This document shows, piece after piece, positions 1 to 12,542 of a DNA stretch of 59,036 nucleotides. The translations under genes were made by a program, and so were the position numbers. Under the pieces are notes generated by a model. The model saw only the letters and a program-made list of their open reading frames with translations, was not told the origin of the DNA and searched no databases. Origin of the DNA: Pseudogymnoascus verrucosus (taxonomy: Eukaryota); NCBI GenBank assembly GCA_001662655.1, contig KV460282.1; one strand, given 5' to 3'. The first letter of the stretch is position 1, and each line of letters starts with the position of its first letter.

Positions 1-494
1 CGAACTCGTGGACTTTCTTCAGCGATACGGGCTTGTTCTCGGAGCCGCCGGTCAATTCTAGCATGAAGTCGTCGGTTGGGAGGTTTGAGTCACCGAAGTA
101 GAAGTCAACCTTCAACCCTGTCAGCATTCGTCAAGGAACTAGAAAAGGGTGAGTCGCATACCTGTGCGCGGATCTCGGACGGGTTGTCCGTGATTGGGAG
201 CTTAGATGGGTCGAACTTGCTCTTGCTCTCGTATCTCTTGAAAACGCGTGGTCCTCTGTCCTGGCCGTTGCGCTGGTTTCCTCCCTTCCTGTCGGAGCTG
301 TCCTTCGCCTCCTCTCCATTCTTCTCGGCGCCATTGGCAGCGGTCTCAGTAGCAGCTGCTGCAGGGGCAGCATCCGCTGCCGGTGCAGCCTCAGTCTTCT
401 CTGGCGCAGCTTCAGTCGCCGCTGGGACTTCTGTAGGCGCCGAAGTTGCGACGGGCTCCTCCACCTTGGGAACCTCAGGAACGGAATCCGACAT
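1..494 (-). CDS. LHP1: La-motif RNA-binding protein (La/Lhp1 homolog), 5' part; runs off the window edge
   Basis: ATG at 494; exon 494-162; intron 161-110 (GTATGC..GCTGAC..AAG). The spliced frame reads EIRAQ|VDFYFGDSNLPTDDFMLELTGGSENKPVSLKKVHEF, matching the La motif start (QxEFYFSDxNL). Confidence 0.88.
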
Positions 495-1065
495 ATTAAT
501 TAGCTTGTTGAGGGATTGGCCGGCAAACAATTGATATATGTATTCTTTAATATAACTTGTAGGTTATATTAAGTCGATGTTGGAATGACGGATGCGGTGA
601 TGAGGGAAAAGGCGGGGTGAAAGGTTGATAACACGCGGTACAACCTGCACTGTCTTTTTGCTTTCTTGTCAAGAAATAATCCTGTTAAGCAAATATAAGT
701 ATGCCGTATAAAATATATGTGATTTGAAGGGATTGACGTACAAGAATGGCGACAGAGTGGTTATGAGTGTTTTAATGCTCTGAGTAAAATGCAAGGCTGG
801 TGACCAAAAGTTCGACAAAAGAAATCGAAGAGCTGCCTCGCTTGATGGGCAAGGCTGCAAATTCCGCAAAAGCTTTCCGCCGCCCTCCGCTGCCTCCGCT
901 CCGCTCCGTTCTTGGCCGCTCCGCCCGCTAGACCGCATTGAGATTTTTCGAGGCTTGCATTTCGAGGTTGAAGCATCCCGAACGTCGTCTCGTGCTTGAA
1001 TTGGGTCTTGACTTGCCGCGTGCTGCTTCCAATTCCCGCAGTCCAGCACATACACATAGCTCATC
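495..1065. promoter_or_regulatory. Divergent promoter region shared by the La-protein and mitochondrial S4 genes
   Basis: About 570 bp between head-to-head ATGs at 494 (-) and 1066 (+). Confidence 0.6.
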
Positions 1066-2515
1066 ATGAGGACAAAACGCTTCCATGGCCTCAAGTTGCC
1101 AGTAAGCTTCATTCCAGCCCCAACTTCCGCGTCTCCAAACGCTTCACCCGTGTGCGCCTGCTAACCATCTGAACCTGCCAGAAAATCCGCATGTCGATGA
1201 GCAAAAACAATCTCTACAACCTCTCTCAACAAAAACACGCCGCCGTTCGCGGCACCTACTTCCAGCAGAAATGGTTTGCGAAGAGGGAAACCCGCGCCTA
1301 CCACGGCGAGCAGATCCGCGAGAAGAAGTGGCAGCGAATGTTTACGTCCCGCATCAAGTCCGTGATACCCATGCATCACAGATACATGGCCCGCTACGAT
1401 GGATCTGAGCAGGCCGCCGGCCGCGGCTCGGGTCTTCAAACTGGTGAACCTTTGGATGCAAAAGCTCTTCAGATGAAACGAGGCAAAGTGATCCCCTACA
1501 TGGGCATGACATATGCGCCAGTGGAGCGGAGACTAGACACTGCGGTTTTCCGTGCCCTGTTTGCCAGCAGTGCAAGGCAAGCACGACAGTATGTTCTGCA
1601 CGGAGGCGTCAAGGTCAATGGCAAGAAGGTATGAGCAGCGTTAAGTTTCCACACAAGCCAATTACCGGCTAACAACAGCTCTAGATGACCTATCCCGGCT
1701 ACCTCCTCAACCCCGGCGACATGTTCCAAGTCGAGCCCGACCGCGTCCTCTTCGCCACCGGCGCCCCCAAAGAAGTCGAGGACGTCCAGGCAACCAAAGC
1801 CCACCGCAAGCGTCTCGCCGCCGCGAAGGCCCCCCGCGAAGAGACCACCTCGGAAGAAACCTCTGAGGAAGCCACACCCGCCGAAGAGCCCGAGCTCGAC
1901 GAAGCAGCCGTCGAGAAGAAGCAGCGCAAAGAGCACAAAGACAACCTCCAATCCCTCCTCGCCAGCGCGCGCGCCGTCCTCGCCGACAAGAGCGCCCACA
2001 GCCCCAACGCCAAGAAGAAGCAGGAGATCCGCGCCTTCGCCGCTGCCGTGCGCCGCGCAATCGGCGGCGTGAACCGCACCACCACCGAGGACCTCGACGC
2101 CCAAGTCGCCGAGCTGGTGTCCAAGCTCTCCCTCGCCAACCTGCCCAAGGCCAAGCCGGCTGCTGCTCCGACTTCCGGAACCGTCGATCCGTCGCTGGAG
2201 GCGCAGGTCGTGGCTACCAAGGAGTCAGCTGTTGAGAAGGCGCCTGCGGCGGACCGCCAGACGCTCGCGGAGGCGCTGCGTGAGGTCCGTGAGAACCCGA
2301 TCGATCCGAGTAAGCCGTATGCGACGCCGTGGAGGCCGCGTCCGTATATGTCTGCGTTTGCGTTTGTGCCGAGATACCTGGAGGTTAACCATAATATCTG
2401 CGCGGCGGTGTACTTGAGGCATCCGGTGGCGCGACCGGGAGTTGCGGAGGTGCCGTCGCCGTTCTCGTCAAAGAGCTCGACACTGGCTTATAACTGGTAC
2501 TTGAGACGGAGGTAG
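1066..2515 (+). CDS. NAM9: Mitochondrial small-subunit ribosomal protein uS4m
   Basis: Exons 1066-1101, 1182-1628, 1685-2515 with GT..AG introns. S4 RNA-binding signature [53 protein letters not shown]; Nam9-type C-terminus [20 protein letters not shown]...YNWYLRRR. Confidence 0.93.
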
Positions 2516-3084
2516 ATGGGGATAAGACAGGGGAGGAGAATGTGGAGTGGAGGGATGGATATATGGGGTAAGATAGTTTGGGGGGTGAGCAGTGTAGCGT
2601 GCATTTGTATCATAGGTGGGGTTTGTGCAATGTTTCGAACGTGTATGATTGGGGTATTGAAATGAGATAAAATGTATTTCTATATAGAAATGTACAGCTC
2701 TTCTAAGTTATGGCAATTCCTAAAATTCTGCTAAGTGTCGAGGGTTTCTTTGATCATGAGGACCTGGTCCGCAAGGCCGAGACACGGGACCCTCATCTAC
2801 CCTTCAACAGTTTCTTCACACTCGAAGCACGATATCGTTTACGGTAACCAGAAGATATTTAATAGAGAAAGACTTTCAATTCCAAACATATGTTCATAAG
2901 ACCCTAAGGTAACAGATGGAAGCGCTCTGCTATCCATCACTCAAGATACTATCCAGACACCCAACGCCAAAAATCGTATGCATGTCCTGCAAGCAAGGAC
3001 AGTAAATATGCAAACCGCTCTCCTTAAATATAATCCGCTTCGCCCTCCCCTTCATGCAAATCATCACTCAACCCCTTCAACCCC

Positions 3085-6000
3085 TCAGCTCATCCCATAC
3101 GTCCATCCACCCTCTCTCCTCAGCCTCTCCCTCGCAACCAAATCGCGTTGAATCTCTTCCTCCGTCAACCTATCAGTCCCGCTCCAGTTGGCACTGCTAG
3201 TCCTCTGCCTAAACTTCCCCCAGCGCTCCTTGTTCCTAAAGACCTCTTCCATCCTCAGCTCCCCTGGTGCTCCAAACACACTCGTCGGGTCACAGCCCTC
3301 CTGCGCCATGATACCGGCTGCAAGGTTAGGGCTGTTCGCCCATTCGGGAACCGCGAAGTCACCGCCTGCATCCGAGTCCTCGTCTTCAGAGTCCGTGTGG
3401 ATCTCAGGCAACTCGATGTTCTCGCCGTTCATGTATCGCGGTGACGACTTAGCCGAAGGCTTCGAGGTCGACTTGCCGTTGGGGTGGCCAGGGCCAAGAG
3501 GACGCGCAGGAGTCTTGTGCGCGGGGTTGGGTGCGAAGTTGATGGGTGCCTTGGAGGTCTGTGTCATGTCCATGGGGCGGGTAGGCTTGGATTGCATGTG
3601 CTGGGGGATTGCGTTGTGGACAGTGGTGTGCGAAGATGGTGCGGCAGAGTAGCCAGTTGGGAAGAGAGACTTCATTGGGATATCCTGAAAATTGGTTAGC
3701 TTAGTCTGGAGAGGTTCTGTTGAGTTGCACACCTTTTGACGAATGGTTGACTGCCTAATTGGAGGAGCCATTGCTCCCCTAGGCTGAGTCTCCATGGCAT
3801 CATCAAGGAACTCGTCCTCGGTCTTGCGTCGCTTCGAATCATTTTGGTGATAAGAAGGCCCGTTCCGCGGCATAGTTGGACGGGATTGAGCTTCGTCAGC
3901 AGGCATTGGGCGCTTCGGCGGTGCCTTTGTTGTATTCTGGAGAGTGTTCATTCTGCTCTCTTCTTGGGGCCTCTGCATGGTAGGGTTCATGCGATGAACT
4001 GGCTCAGGCTCCGCCGCACGATGGGTGGCAGGAAGCGGCTTGTCGGCATGTGGGTTCGGGCGAGCAGGTGGCGGAGGAGGCCTGTTGAGTTTTGCCTTTT
4101 CCAACTCCTGCTTCTTCTCCAAAGCACGCTGGGCATTGCGCTTTGATTCAAGTTGGCTTGTCAGCTCAGCTTTGGCGTCACGCTTCCGCTGTGCCTCTCG
4201 CTCATCCTGCTCCCTCTTACGGGCAGCGGCTTCCAAAGCCTTGACTTTCGTTGTCGTTGATGACGAAACGCTCTTCAGGCTATCAACAGATGCCTTTGGG
4301 TGGAGACCTCTGACAGGTTGCTTGGCTCTGGATGGTCCAGCAACAGGTTGGGGAGCAGCCGGAGGCAGCGAGTCGCCAAGAGAAGCAGCCAATGCCGCGT
4401 TGGATGGCTGGAATGGGCGGGATCCAGTGTTAACCCGAATGACAACGGGCGCACCACGAGAATTGGTAGGTGGCTGCTTGGCGGTAGGTCTTAATGGACG
4501 CTTGACTGGCTCCTTGGGCCTTCCAATTTGCGAACGACTGAGGGATTGGGGTATCGACGAAGCTTCCGTCATCTCGACATTTTCATCCGCATATTCAGCA
4601 GCAGCGGCGGCAGCCTTGCCTTCTGCTTCAAGCTGTGCCTTTGTCTTTCGTGGACTCGTTCTCGTAGCGCGTGGCACAGGTGCCTCACGAGCCAGAGCCT
4701 CACGTTCCAAAGCCTTTCTCTCTTCTTCCTTCTGGATGGCAGCTAGCCTCTCCTGCTCTTGTTGCGCAGCAATTCGTCGATCTTCCTCTTTCTGTGCAGC
4801 AAGCCTCCTCTCTTCCTCCTTTTGAGCGGCGGCTCTTCTCTCCTGTTCCTTCAGTTCCTTCTGTGCAGCCACCTTGCGTTCCATCGCAGCAACTCTTTCA
4901 CGTTCTTGCTGTGTAAAAAGTCGGGCCTTCTCAGCCTCCTTCTCGCGTTCTCTATCCAGCTTATTCAGCTGTTGCACCATGACTTCAGCGTCTCTCACTT
5001 CCTTCTCCTTCGCCTTGCGTATGGTAGCCTTCTTAGACGGGCTCTCTGGTATCAAGCTCTGGCTACTGGGCTGAGTCTTGAGCGACGGGTAGATGGAAGT
5101 TGCGTGTGTTGATTCCATAAGATCGGCCATTGACCTTGACGCTTGGTAGGCCATTCTTCCAGGCGGTGGTGACAATGTTGACGCCATAGCATCTGCACTG
5201 GCTGCAGCGCTACTTGCAAAGAGTCCCTTGGAAGTCTTCAAAATTGACGAAAGCTTGTCCTTAGCCGCCTTCAATGGGCTCTCGCGATAACTTTTTGTAG
5301 GCGACTTAGGAGGTGATTGCTCGCCGCCAGGATTCGGGTTCGAAACTGAAATGGTCTTCTTGAGAAGCTCCTTATCATCATGTGCCTTGTTTGGAGACCG
5401 GATAACAGACGTAGATTGGGACTTTGCGTGGCCGAAAAGGCCATTCGGACGGTGCTGAGCGACTTCTCGTAATGGAGAAGGCTGGCGTGTTTCACGCTGC
5501 TTTGGGACGTTGAATTCATGCCCACCAATGCTCTCTTTGCCGCGAATGTCTTCCATCACTTCTGTCGTATAGCTCTTCGTTAATGCAGGTCTCGGGCTGA
5601 ACGACTTCGATGGGGCAGCTGTGGTTGGCGGCCCAATCCAGGAGTCTTCATCTTCTGGGAACGCTCCAGGTGCGTTAAACGCGCGTTCAGTTCGGCTTGG
5701 GGATGCTGCCGGGCGAGATTCTTGCTGTTGAGCAGCCATGGCGGCAATGTTAGGAATCGACTTCGATGGTCTAGGCGCATTCGGTTTTGATTGCCCCAGC
5801 ATACTGATTTGGTCTTGCAGACGCTGAGTGTACGTCTTATTAAAAGCCTGTGCTGCTTTTGAGGCAGGCTCTGCCGCTGGCTCAGCAGCGTCTACGTCCA
5901 TCTCATCCTCCTCTTCGTTCCCGAAGCCTCTGTCATCGTTGCCTCTTCCATAGTAGCTCGTTCGGTTTTGCTCCAGATGGCTTGGGCGGTTGCCCATGCT

Positions 6001-7075
6001 CTTCTTCGTTGTCAATGGCTCCCGTGCTGGCAGCGCGGCAAAACTAAGACTGCTTTTGCGAACAATTTGTCTGACCGGGCTCGAGCCATCCGATGGTGTC
6101 GCAGCCTCGTCAAATACTTCGGCCTCTTTCTGCTCGGTCCCAGGCAGCTGGGGTAGCTCTTTTTCTAGCAAAGCAGGCGCAGCCGTTTCTTGGGACTTCA
6201 GTTCAGGGGATTCCGGTCGAGCCTGCTCGGGCGAGTCGAAATTCATCTCCAAGGGTTGCTTTGGGGTTGGGGCAGTGTCCGTCGCAACCTTTTCCATCGC
6301 GACCTGCATAGTCTGCTCTTCTTTTGCAGATTCATACGAGCCTTCGGTTGTCCTCCGCTCTTCTGATTGCACATCATCCACTACTGAAAGGAGATTGGCT
6401 TTGGCGGGTGTCCTCGATGGACTCCATGGCTGTGTGAATGGTTGTGTTGCCTCTTGCGTAGCCTCTTGAGACTCAAACACCATAGAGGCAGCCGCCTGGG
6501 TAGATTGGCTGCCATGGTAACCCGAATCCTGAAATATGTTGTTGCCTGCCCGTGCTGGTTTTGGCGGCACTGCGAAATCGGCTTGTGGTACAGGCAAGTC
6601 TTCTGCGACCTTGAACTTAGGAGCTTGGCGCTCGTTGTAAACCTGGCGCAAGGGACTTCCATTTCCGTTTTGTCGCGGTGATGCCGAGAAGATGTCGGAA
6701 AGAGGCTATAACAGTCAGTCAAGCCCAATATTCCACGAAGCATATGTATTCACCGCTCTCACTTCCAAGGGATTCCGCTTCCTCGCTGTCCGCGGCGTTT
6801 TGCCACGTAATTTTCCAGGCGTCTTAAACATCTCTGTGACATTCCTGCGTTCGCGTTAGCAATCGAACTGCCGGCGCAAAAGCCACGTCAACCTACATCT
6901 GATTCTCATTGAATATCTCCGCCATGTGCTCGTTCAACCAGTCCAGCTCGTTACGTGCAGAGAAGGTAAACTCCTCCACTTCCGCATCTGCAATCTGCAC
7001 CGCAGATGACCTCTCCTCCGCCACCCATGCTGCTGATCCGACCTGAAGTCTCGTAGTTAAGCGTCCGGTGGCCAT
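3085..7075 (-). CDS. Inner centromere protein INCENP (Sli15/Pic1-like), chromosomal passenger complex
   Basis: Exons ~7075-6897, 6844-6754, 6705-3733, 3684-3085; the 48-nt in-frame intron 3732-3685 is hidden in the ORF track. N-terminal helix (ELDWLNEHMAEIF), central charged coiled coil, and C-terminal Aurora-B-binding IN-box ELPEIHTDSED...PEWANSP...F...RTSSANW. Confidence 0.9.
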
Positions 7076-7117
7076 CTTGACGGGATGTAAACAAAGGTTA
7101 TATGGGCTCTATTCTTC

Positions 7118-7336
7118 GACGCGCGCGCGGCTTTTCGAATTGTAAAGCTGTAGAGTCGTAGCGTCACAGCATCGCAATGATTTCGAGCTGTTGTCGATTG
7201 TTGATAGTCGTTTTTCGTCGAGTATATCGCTGTTTTGTCGTTGTTGAATGGTGGTGAGGCCGGTTTGTTTTGGTCGCTGCTACCCTGGCATACGCGAAAG
7301 GTGGGACGCGCTAGTGCAGTTGCCTCACCACGTGAC
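7118..7336. promoter_or_regulatory. INCENP promoter with MCB/SCB-like cell-cycle boxes
   Basis: ACGCG at ~7119, ACGCGAAA at 7292, ACGCG at ~7306 and CACGTGAC at ~7329, upstream of a mitotic gene. Confidence 0.4.
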
Positions 7337-7915
7337 TCGATACCTCAAGACGAGCTGAATTCAAGGAGCTGAGAACTGAGAACTGAGAACAACACAACCA
7401 ACACCAGCCTGTCGTACGATAACATCAACAACTTGAGGTCAACAGCCCACGATGGCTGCTTGTATATTAATCCTAGATATTTGTTAAGCGGCCTAGGAAT
7501 TTATACAAAATGAAAGTTAATATATAATTGGTATATTTATTGAATTGTAAATTATGCAATTATTATTGTGAATATAACTAAGATTATGTTTTATCAGTAT
7601 AATTACTAGATCAACTTGTTTAGTAGAGGTGAACTTCTTTCCCATAAATCGTATCTGGGACCCTAGTTCCTTAGTTACATGTAGCTAATGTTATTCGAGC
7701 ATACGCAACCTGTTATTGTTAAAAATGGAGGGTTTGCGTCTATTGTACCAGCCGGTTTTCGTATATTGTCATGGTGACGTTATTGATGCTAGTCTTGTCG
7801 TAGCTGATTACGAGACCTCTTAGACGTATATGTACAGTGCGAATGAACACAGTAGACATCAATCCTTAAAGATAATATCCTTTATCGATCCTATAGAGAA
7901 TATCATTTCTAACCC

Positions 7916-9242
7916 ATGGCACCCAAGGATAGCGACTTCCACGTCCTGTTGACAGGAGCGAACGGCTTTGTAGCCTCGCATATACTAACGATCTTGCTCG
8001 CGGTAAGTGAATATCGCTCCTCTTAGGGTCGGCAGTCAAGGTCATATATCTGATGATAGTGCTGTTGCTAGCGTGGATATGCTGTTACTGCGACAGTGCG
8101 CTCAAAGGAAAAGGCCGCTGAGATCGTAAGAACCCACCCCTCATGGGAGGGCAAGATTGAATTTGCAATTGTCGCAGATTTCACCTCAGCGAAGCCATTT
8201 GACGAACTGTTCATTAATTCGAAAATTCCTTTCACCCATATAATCCACACGGCATCCCCCGTGAACTTCCGACTCGAAGATATTCAAAGGGAAATTATCG
8301 AGCCAGCCGTAAGAGGGTAAGCTACGTGTGACTTCCTTACGGCCTAGACCTAATTAACATGCTCTATCTGCAGGACCACAGAGATTCTCAAGAGTGCCCA
8401 TCACCACGGTGGCGCAAACCTGAAACGTTTCGTCCTGTTAGGAAGCGCAGTATCCGTCTTGAACTCATTTGAGGATATCACGCAGGAAGGCCGGCCCTAT
8501 ACTGAGAAAGACTGGAACCCGGTACGGGCAACTACACGCAGGGCACCAAGGTTCGCCTCACTGACTAGGCATAGGTCACAGCTGAGGATGCCATCGCCAG
8601 AAAGGACGTGGTTCTCGGATACAACGTCTCTAAGATACGAGCGGAGTCTGCGGCTTGGGAATTTATGAAATCAGAGTCGCCTTGTTTTGACCTTGTCGTC
8701 ATTAATCCGGATATCATTACTGGACCAATGACGCACCCGATTTCTGGCCCCAAGTCTATTAACGAGACAAATCACTTTGCGATCGCTAGCTTTATTGACG
8801 GAACCCATCAGCAGGTTGAAGGGGTGACGTTTCCGTTCTACCACTTCGTAAGCTCTACTGACCTATGGTTTCCCCCCTTTCCCTCCCGCCCCCGATCTAA
8901 TTATTATGACAGGTGGATGTCCGCGATGTGGCTCGAAGCCATGTTGATGCTTTGACAAACACCAACGCCAGCGGGCAGCGGATTCTTCTAATCTCAGGCC
9001 TCATCTCGCCGCAATTGGTCGTAAATATCATTAGGAAGAATTTTCCTGCCCTGCGGGATAGGGTCCCTAAAGGAAACCCGTCGCAGGTCCTCCCGCTAGG
9101 AGTGCATCCGACCGGATGGGATACGCAGCTGAGTCTGGAGATTCTTTCCAAGGGAACAAAGGAACGACGCTGGGAGTATATTGATCTAGAGACTAGTGTC
9201 ACTGACACCGTTCGAAATATGATAGAGGCGAAGGTAATCTAG
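7916..9242 (+). CDS. NAD(P)-dependent epimerase/dehydratase family aldehyde/ketoreductase (GRE2-like extended SDR)
   Basis: ATG 7916; MAPKDSDFHVLLTGANGFVASHIL (TGxxGxxA), IIHTASP, catalytic YNVSK, VDVRDVA; four introns with canonical GT..AG sites, plus one more near 8848-8911. Confidence 0.88.
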
Positions 9243-10179
9243 TCGCAGGCCCTAAGGGCGTTGCTCTGCTTTCTGGATTCGTTACGTTTTTTGAGGTAAA
9301 AAGTTCTTTATAGCGCTATAAATATCTAACTATACCCGAAAAAAATCGCAATTAACAATCACGTCACAAAACCGAACATCGACAAATGGAAGCCATGGGT
9401 GATAATATCCGTATATTTTACTTTTTATTCGAAGAAGGCGGCAGAGAGAGGTTGACCGTGCTTTGTTCTGGTTTTGCTTTTACTTTCATGGATGTCACAG
9501 GATGTGCTGGGAAGGAAAGCCGAGAATAAGGGCATCGGTATGGAGGGCTGCTATTCGTTTCTCAACACTGTATGCTTTGCTGCCACCGGACCCTGTTGTC
9601 ACCGGCTGTTGCTGTTGTCGCATTCCTCTTACTGTCGTGCCGCTGTACTGTTACAAGACTCCCATATTCTCAGGTACATGCCTGGTGCTCCACTAATATC
9701 TCCGCGAACTCTGTGAGGAAGATGAGGATAATTGAATCGCCGTGTATGGCCCGGCCCCTTACTTTCTATGAAACCATTGAAAGACTCATTCACAGATATA
9801 CCTGCGCTTGTCAGCCCAACTCCGACCCACTTATGATGTGATGTGAGAGGGGCTATGGGCGAGGGGCAACATAGCAGAGGCCGACGCAAGGAATGAAAAA
9901 AATTGCCGGGAGCTACACGTACAATTCTGTCTTCCATATAATACAGATGTTGGAGCCAAAGATGGAAACTTTTGGGGTTCTCTCATTCCCTTAGACTCCC
10001 ACCCGCAAACCACCCTGACAACTGAGCCGATATCATATATACCGCAGGTTTTCAAAAAATAAAACGTTTGAGGTGGCCGAGCTCTATTGCCCGAACCCAA
10101 CACGTAATATTATCTATTATCTATTATATAATCGCGTACTAGATAAACAGAGAATGTGATTATTGGATCCTATTCCCAT

Positions 10180-11310
10180 CTACAGGAATAGCATTGCAGA
10201 CGCAGCAAGAAAAATTGCAACACCATTGAATATGACAGTCGCTTGTGGCGCGCTGTTGGGTACAGGAGTAACGCTCTCTGTAGATGAAGCCTCGGAGGCG
10301 CTTGAAGACGAAGCCTCGTCAGGAGTTGAACCCTTGGTAGTGCTGTCCGGAGTCGAAGCCTTGCTGGTGGTTTCCGAAGTTGACGACTTGGTGGAGTCGC
10401 TGGCGGCGGTAGGAGTAGCAGTTGGCACAACAGAAGATGAAGTAGTCAGCTTAATGCCGCAGACTTTCTCCACGTCGAAAGTAAATGGGATGTTTCTCCC
10501 TGCGCAGTTTGAGGTGTGGCGCTCGAGAGCGTCTAGATAGTACCAAACAATTAGCTGCAATTCGGCGTAGGTGACAATAAAGGATAGCAAAAACGAAAGA
10601 AAGTTTACATACCGGGAAAGACTGAACTGGGGCAGTTCTTGTTCGTGGCCATGCAGCAAAAGTATCTCTCACGATACTTTTGCTGGTTGCACATGCATGC
10701 TGGGTCATCTGTACAGGAACCGCCTGCAAAGCTATTGAAGAAGCAGTCGTTCTAATGAGGACGAAACATATTAGCTACTAAACTCATAGAACTCGGACGT
10801 CGATATATAGGTGCAAGGAAGATTGTTACTCACGTCGCAATCCGATGCAGCCTCAGCAGTGTTGGTAGGAACGGGAGGAGCGTAGGTGGTAGTCAGGGTA
10901 ATGCCGCAGACCTTCTCCACATCGAATTCGTAAGGCAAGTTTCTGGTTTCACATGCCAAGGAAGTCCGTATGAGGGCCTCTGGATAGACTCTAGGGGCGC
11001 AGTTCTCTGCCATACAGCAAAGGTATCCCTCACGATGCTCCTTCTGGTTGCACAAGCACCCTGCGTCATCTGAGCACATATTGGTAAAGTACTTTGAGAA
11101 GCATCCATTCTAATGAGGAAGAAATATATTAGCTACACTAAGCCCATAGCACTTGGGAGAGTTGGTATGTAACCAAGTGCATGCATGATAGTTACTCACA
11201 TCGCAAGTTGCGTCAGCATTTTGCGTCTCCTGGTCGTATGGTTCCCTTGCAACGGCGAGAGTGCTGCCGAGGAGGCAGAAGAGCATTAACGAAGTAGACA
11301 ATCGCGCCAT
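10180..11310 (-). CDS. Secreted GPI-anchored cell-surface protein with two tandem CFEM-like Cys-rich repeats
   Basis: Exons 11310-11200, 11109-10834, 10751-10613, 10532-10180. Signal peptide MARLSTSLMLFCLLGSTLA; repeats C..C..CSDDAGCLC..CC..C..C..C and C..C..CTDDPACMC..CC..C..C..C; S/T-rich stalk; hydrophobic GPI tail NSAPQATVIFNGVAIFLAASAMLFL. Confidence 0.8.
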
Positions 11311-12542
11311 GATGATTAATTATAATATTAATTAAAAATAAATAATAAAAATGAGTGAATGACGACTATCAGCGAGTGAATGGTGAGATTAACGAGTGAC
11401 TGTGGGGTTGACAAGGCGGACGAGGGGCGGACGAGGTTGAGGTCTGTCAGAACTAACCCAGGGGCAAACGATAAAAAGAGTCGCGATAACTCGGTATTAT
11501 ACAGTGACTAAACTATATTTCCGCCATTTAACACTAACGCCCTGCCAAGTCGACGCCAATACCTGTCAGTGGAATCGAAGTGTAACCAACAAATGAACGG
11601 CGCGGAAAGAGATTACTGCGGCGAAGCAAATACGAATGAGGCAAGTCCGAGTCTATACGAGTCCGACTCTATACGAACTGTCGATCTCCCCTCACGTGCA
11701 CTACGCTACCCATGGTCATGTGATGCGATACACGTGAGAAGTTCTTTGTGGAGTTCTACAACAGAGTAGAAAACAAATTCTTAATTATTTTTCCACTTTG
11801 AAGCATATTCTACCTCGCATTGTAACGTTGTAGCCGCAGCGGGGAGGGCGGCTGGTGTTGCTTAGCTTGCTTATTGTATAGCATAGCGCAGGAACAATCA
11901 ACCGAGTGACAGGAACGTGGGCCAAGGGATTCGCTCACTGGCGATGATTGGCAATGTCAAAGTCGTCATTGGCAGAACGCCCAGAATTGAAGCAACGCCG
12001 CTAATATGCTAAGCTAATTTATATATAATGATCTACTGTCTTATCTGCTAGATGCAGTTATGCTGCCGCTTCACGTGGGGGTGAATGCTATCCCCAACCT
12101 CGAGATTGACGAATTATCACATTTCCTTGTCGCCCGTGCCGATCGTATGCAGGCGTGGTGTTCGTGGGGGAGGACAGCCCCTCATGTCGGAATGTCGGAA
12201 TGTTCGAGGCCGTGACGGGACGCAGAGCAATTCCTGGTTGGAGACAATGAGCGTGTATTCCGAGCCACGTTCTGACGCTTGGAGAAAATATGCTACCTTG
12301 CAATGCAGCGATCGCCAGAAAGTGATAGGGATCATCGAAGCGGGAGCTTCTAGAAGTATGCTGAAGCATAGTTGCATATTGAGGGCTCGGAAGAAAGTTG
12401 CCGATGAGATATGGGACCATGGAGCAATCGTTGTTGAGGATAACTATATAAAGTGAGAAGAATCCTCCTCAACGACCTAGGAAACAATCCTCCCAAGGCA
12501 TCTACTCTATTCATCTGAAAATTACACCTCAAAATTCACAAG

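Noticed and set aside
76..534. 152-aa plus-strand ORF
   Set aside because: Antisense shadow of the La-protein exon.
12085..12456. 123-aa ORF upstream of the phosphoesterase
   Set aside because: Ends in that gene's TATA box; no motif; most likely promoter.
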